Notes under the pieces: model-generated
The model's database searches: none
The model's input: only the letters and a program-made list of their open reading frames with translations
What the model was told of the DNA's origin: nothing
Position numbers and translations under genes: made by a program
Source: Craspedostauros australis
Taxonomy: Eukaryota
Length of the DNA stretch: 39,405 nucleotides
Direction: 5' to 3'
NCBI GenBank assembly: GCA_030167865.1
Contig: JALAGF010000596.1
Span: 1 to 39,405 of the forward strand
In this document: in pieces, positions 33,812-39,405 of the stretch
Position numbering within the stretch: the first letter of the stretch is position 1
Layout of the letters: each line of letters opens with the position of its first letter

Positions 33812-35645
33812 TCATCGTTGCCTCGGCTTGATGGTCAGGCCGACATCGTTCATTGGTTCCAACACTCCACATCCATCTCGTCTTCTTCGGAACTCCGTTG
33901 CCCCTTCCACTTTGACGTCGAATTGATGGATCAAGCTGGCGACGAAGTTCTTGGCCGCAGTCGCCACGAACTTGCGACCTTGGCAGTAATGGCCGCCACC
34001 TCCAAATCCTCGGAACGGGTCTTGGACGACATCGCCATACTTGGTTCGGTGTATCTTCTTCTGTCCTGTGCTGTGATCTGGCAAGAAACGATCCCATTGG
34101 AACTCGGATGGGTTGTGGAAGAGATGCTCATCATGTTGCAGGATCGGAACGTACATCATGATCATTTCACCTTTCTTCATTTCGTACTTGCTGCAACGAT
34201 CGCTCTTCAGCTTGAGATCCAACACAAAGTCCTTCATGACCTCGCGCGATATCAAGGTGTGCTGAGAAATCCGGATGGATTCCTTCAGCACAGAGTCTGC
34301 ACGTTCCATTTGACTGACCTCGTCGATGGTGAATACACCATCAAATGGAGCGTCGCCGGCAGAACGCTTGGATAGAATGGTGTCAGCCTCTTCTCGGAGG
34401 CGCATCATGGTCTCCTCGTTGCTGCACACGTGGTACAGCATCCAGAACATGGACGGGATGAAGTTGGTAACTGATGACCATACCTGCGTGGGCATGAAAG
34501 AGGGTATGGTGTGGAGTAGAGTACAGCACAGCAGGGCGTACAGAAGGGAGGAGGAGGGCGAATTCCAGTCAATGTGTGAGGTTTGGCAATTGGAATATTG
34601 CACCGTTTTGCGCGAACAATCGCGTCGACCACGGTGGGCATTCAAGGACTGTATCCACGCATGTCGCATACCGCTGTACTCGTACGGAACAAGGGTTGCT
34701 CACCAGTAGGAGGAGGTCCCCGATCAGCTCATCCTCGGACCCTTTGTACTGCCTGAAGATTCGATTGCGTTCCATGACGAAGTCCGATGGTTGGAACGAA
34801 TCCGACCTCAAGAATGCCTTGATCCTCTCGCGAGCCTCGCATGCCGGCCTGTTGGCTTTCTCGACGCTCTTGCCCTTCACAACCGTGAGCATTGCGGCAT
34901 CGAACTCCCAGTACGATTCGCTGAACTCGTCGTCGAATGCAGAATTCGAGACGATTGCTTGGAGGATGGCATTGAAGATCACATTGCGGGTGAAGTCCTG
35001 GAGCTGGAATTGAGCGCTGCCGTCGCCGGATTGCTTCATGCATATCTCGACACGCTCCATCAAGGCCGATTGGAAGCGGCTGTTCGTATTGGGCAACCCA
35101 TCGCTCAGCAGCAGCTTGTGCATCAAGCGGTCAATGTCCTTGCGCACGGGTCCGTAGATGAACTTCGTGGTTTGCATGTTCGCACCGAACATGTTGTCGC
35201 ACAACTGCTCAAAGAGCGGGCGCATCGACAAGGTATCAATCCCATAGCGAAACACAGCCTGGAAGACGACTGGATCCGTAACGATGTGCATCGTTTTTCC
35301 AGCCACGAGAATTGAGACCATCGATGCTCCCTCCACCTCCCTGCGATACTTCCTCGCAATACCGGCAAATCCAAGCTTGCCAAGCTGCAATGCGCTTCCA
35401 AGCCATGGGATCCAATGCGGAATCCTTGGTGGCCGTCTGGGCCTCTCATCTTGAGCTCCCATCGCTTTGGATCTACGAGTAGATGGCCCCAGCTGCATGC
35501 TGGAGAGCCGAGTGATGCCCAGGGTGGCTGCCACAAAGGTAACAAAGGCAGTGGCGACCAACGATGTGGTGTCATAGTCAGAACCAAGCCTGCTAAAGGC
35601 AGACGCAGTTGCGTTGATTGGAGCAGAGAGGACGCCTCCGAACAT
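33812..35645 (-). CDS. Cytochrome P450, CYP7/CYP8/CYP39-like; exons 35645-34704 and 34483-33812, about 537 aa
   Basis: N-terminal membrane anchor, PPRIPHWIPWLGSALQLG, I-helix LVWSSVTNFIPSMFW, ExxR (ESIR), PSEFQWDRF and heme motif FGGGGHYCQGRKFA. Phase-0 intron 34703-34484 (GTGAGC...ACGCAG). Confidence 0.92.
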
Positions 35646-37622
35646 GGCTGACCTTGGGGATTGGCTTGGCGGTGATGGGTTGATAGAGAAGGAGAAGGTG
35701 GTGGTTGTTTCGTGTCTCGTCGATGGCAGCCGATGGACGAATGCGAGTATTATGATTGCTGTGCTGGCTGCGTTTGATCGGTGAACATGAGTTGCGCTGG
35801 TTCCGCGGAGATGTCGTCAGACCCATCACGCGATGCAAAGGCGACGATTTCTGGATCTTGTCTCTCTCGCTCCGCCTTTGCGCGTGTGGATCCTGGAACT
35901 TGTTGGTCTTGTTTGGTTTCTTCGTTGAACGTGTGTTGATTTCTGCTGCGTTGCGATGCTGTGTGGCCTACGTCACTTCGCTCTTTTGGATGTCGACGCG
36001 CTGATGTTTGCGTCCCTTGCTTGTCCTCCTCTTCTCGTTGGTCTTGGGCCGTTCTCCAATTTCTATCGCTCGACGACCAGCGTTCTGAGCAGATTTATGG
36101 GAGTGCTTCCCCCAAGCGCCGCTCACTTTTTGCTCTTCGACCAAGTACGCGAACCTCGAGCGGCGGGGTTGAGGACGGATGAGCAGACCCGTGCCAAGGG
36201 GCTTTGTTGTGCCTTCGGCCGCCATCTCGTTGTCCCCTTCCTCTCCAGAGTATTGGTGTTGGTGGGAAGAGAGAGAGAGATGGAGACCATTTCTTTCCAA
36301 CCGAGCGACAGACAAGAAGAGGAAGAATCGGTGACGGTGCTCACCCAGCGTAAATGTGGATTGGTGTGGATCGTGATGTCACCACAGCTTCGGCAAGAGA
36401 CATCATTTGCTTGGGCACGCATGCCCCATCGTACTTCGTGGGACATATCAATGAGTCTGACACTGCAGCGCGAGCGCACACCAACTTTGCGTCAATGTTC
36501 ATCGCGGATGATGCATCATTTTCGAAGACCAAGAGGACAGAACTGGTCTGGCTACGTTGATGTGCTGTTGAATGTTTGTTGTTGGTCTTGGAAGCAGCGG
36601 TATACATCCATCACCGATATTCCATGCGATTAGTCGATTGAGTCAAAAACATGACTCAATTCGTTTCTCATGTAGCACAATATACAATTATTTTGGAGCA
36701 ACTCCCAAGGCTCCAGTTCTACTTTATCCATGCTAATCATGTTTATACCGTGGCTCCAAAAGCTCACAATTCAAAGTATCAGTCCACTTCGTCGCCTCCT
36801 TGTTTTCTGAGGTGCGTTCGTTGCACAGGATTGGACCGTCGTGCACAGATGTCTTAATGAGAACATCATCATTGGACAGAAGCGCATCTCCTTCGTTACC
36901 TGTCACGAAATGGCGCGTCCTTCTTGTCGTTGCCATTGGCACTTGAAGAAATCCTTGCGCACTTTTGTCCTGGCGAAGTCGCTCTCTCGTTGACATTGCT
37001 TGGAGAGGTGGGACTTGTACTGCAAGACACATACCACACAATCGCAAGTAGTCGTAGCAGGGAACGGCCCCGCCATGGATGATCCCAGATCGGCACGCAG
37101 ATGTAACTTTGTCGCTTGTGTGGTCGTGATTGTGTGTTTCTATACTTCTCGCGTTCGGCATGAGGCTGGAACGTCCTTGCTGGTGGTACATCATGCCGTC
37201 GAGAATGGACTAGAGCATCACAATTTGCCAGGAGGCCGACACCGAGTGCACAAAGTAAAGGGCAGAGAAGGGCCCAAATGGCTCAGCATCGCAGGCCAGT
37301 CAAGCACCATGCTCTTTTGTGCTCTGCCCGAACTCATCCTGTCCCCACCAGCTGCCGGATGTCAGGTGTGCGCCACGCTGTGATGTTATCAGCATCAGAA
37401 GCCCTGCCACGAAGAAGCGCAACCAAATCAAGCGACAGGGTCCCACTCCCCCTACACTCCCGACTTCCCGGCTCCTGGCAATCTCGCGACTATCTCGTGA
37501 CGATCCACGGGCCACTCGGCTCAAAGGTGAATGATCACTGCGCAAGAGAAGTTCGGAAGTCATAATATTGCCATCTCGGCCCAAATCGATCACAAGCTTC
37601 TGCGTATCATCGAACATATTGT

Positions 37623-39405
37623 AATGAGGAAATTCACTAACCAGCCTTTTTGAAGTGCCGATTTGCACTAACCAGCCTATTTTGTGTTTCTTAGCGACTC
37701 AAAACGTCGAAATGTCCATGCGACATCCCACAGACACAGAAATTTTGCATCGCCCCCAAGGCTAGTGTATCAATATAGACTACTTGTATCACGCAGGAAA
37801 AGTTAAAGCCACATCATCCATGTTTGTCATACTTGTAACAGTATGCCATTAATTAGTCCATACGAACGTAATTCATCTAATGAAGGGAATTAGTGCCTAC
37901 TTAGTCATAGATATGTGCATCATTCACCTGTTTGCTCCAATTCTGTACGTTGTGGATCGTATTCTGACCAAACCTTCATAGGAAAGGATAAACATATTCC
38001 ATCTAAACAAGATAAGCACATCGAGAGCATTCCAATGGGTATAACTCCAGCTAGCGAGCATCTTTATCCATCTGGAAGAGATGGTGATAGCCAAGTCTAT
38101 GAACCTCGTCATACTCAGCGCTACGCTTGACGCTGCACAATCTTCTGCACATCTACGCATTTCTCAGGCCATTTTGTGAGATTCGACCGGCGGCATTACT
38201 TCAATCACACTCCAAAGAGTATGGCCATAGATTTTGAAGTCCTTGATCTGTTTGGAAGGCATCTAAATGTACGGACGCTGATATCACACACTACTGAAGT
38301 GTGTGCATCGCGCTGCACATCGTTGTGAGCATATGTGCACAGAACATGTCGATCATATTCCAATTTGACATTTCATCAACTCCGAACGCACTCCATAGAG
38401 GGCGGGCGTGGAGTTCAAAGCCGTGCACCCGTCAGCAAGGTGTATCGACACGCGCCCAGACGATCCTCATGTCACGACGCCCCTAAGTGCCACTTGACAT
38501 CAACATCCAGAAATTTGGATTCCTTCCGAACGGATCAGGGACTTCAAACTCCATGGCCGTAGCCTTTGGAGTATGTTTGGAGTGATTCTGTTGATCGCAT
38601 CTCTCAAGATGGACGGCCGAAGGCATAGATGTGCGGAATACTGCTCAGAGCAATGCCTACCGTCCATACGCATCCCACGCAGTACAGCGTGACATCAGCA
38701 TCCGTAAGACTGGATCCCTTCCAGACGGATCTTGCATTTCAACCGCAATTTGCATACTCTTTGCAGTGCATTCGGAGTGGCCAAAGTGTTCGATTGGAAT
38801 ATGATTGAAGTTTTCTATGCATATATGCGCAGCACGCTGTACAGTGCGAGGCGTATCGTTCAGTACCGCGGGATATCAGCATCCATGAAATTGAACCCCT
38901 TTCAGATGGATCTTGCACTTCTAACTCCATAGCCGTACTCTGTGACGTGTGATTGGAGTGGATATAGTGTTGGATCGGAATACGATTGACAGTTCCTATG
39001 CGCAAATATCCAAATCACTGTCCAATGCGATGCGTACCGCTTAGTGCTGCGTGATATCAGCATCCGTTGAATTAGATCCCTTCCAAAGGGATCGAAGACT
39101 TCAAACTCCATGGCTGTACTCTTTGGAGCGTGTTTGGAGCTACACAGTTGGTCAGATCTCTCAAAATGGCCTGCCAAATGCATAGATATGCGGAATACAG
39201 TACAGCATCAAGCGTAGCGCTCAGTATGACGAGGTTCATAGATTTGGATGCCGGCATTTCTTCCAGAAGGATCCAGATCCTCGCAAGCCACCCCCACACC
39301 CATTGAAGGTCTGTCGCTATAATGACATTCGTAGAATTGCAGATGTTGAATCGTTCATATGAAGGTTTGGTCAAAACCTGCACACCGCACACAGCTACTG
39401 TGCGG
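37623..39405 (+). mobile_element. Modular foldback-like non-autonomous DNA element, truncated by the window end
   Basis: Begins (AAT)GAGGAAATTCACTAACCAGCC. Internal inverted arms: about 37960-38400 versus 38940-39375 (e.g. TGACCAAACCTTCATA near 37966 versus TATGAAGGTTTGGTCA near 39358). Core modules are reversed at about 38075 and 38254-38285, and forward at about 38496, 38690, 38872, 39053 and 39247. Confidence 0.8.
37635..37678 (+). repeat. Subterminal 13-bp direct repeat CACTAACCAGCCT x2, candidate transposase-binding sites
   Basis: Exact copies at 37635-37647 and 37666-37678. Degenerate reverse-complement copies in the left element at 1263-1275 and 1294-1306. The binding role is inference. 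Confidence 0.7.

Noticed and set aside
13715-35645. Possible metabolic cluster of P450, glycosyltransferase and MFS transporter
   Set aside because: The genes are spread over 20 kb and interleaved with unrelated housekeeping genes (BUD31, Ku70, PEX2); nothing in the sequence indicates co-regulation.
38496-39264. Regularly spaced 32-bp core resembling a CRISPR array
   Set aside because: The intervening 150-160 bp segments are homologous to one another, the cores are degenerate, there are no cas genes and the context is eukaryotic.

Overview
Gene-dense eukaryotic DNA, most consistent with a diatom or other stramenopile: GT-AG introns of about 190-380 nt, AAC/CAT-type microsatellites and C-rich third codon positions. 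Twelve protein genes lie in the central 36 kb: an HMIT/INT-type inositol transporter, exocyst Sec8, a Ser-rich orphan, an EF-hand membrane protein, a DHA3-like MFS transporter, a VTT/Tvp38 protein, BUD31, a sterol-glucosyltransferase-like GT1, Ku70, PEX2 (its RING exon is missing from the ORF track), a stand-alone STAND NTPase and a CYP7/8/39-like P450. The most striking structure is at the edges. Bases 1-1318 are a collinear inverted copy of 37623-38941. Both belong to a non-coding, foldback-like element of about 2.1 kb, built from 180-195 bp modules that switch orientation, with a well-conserved terminus facing the gene block. All calls come from reading motifs by eye; no searches were run.
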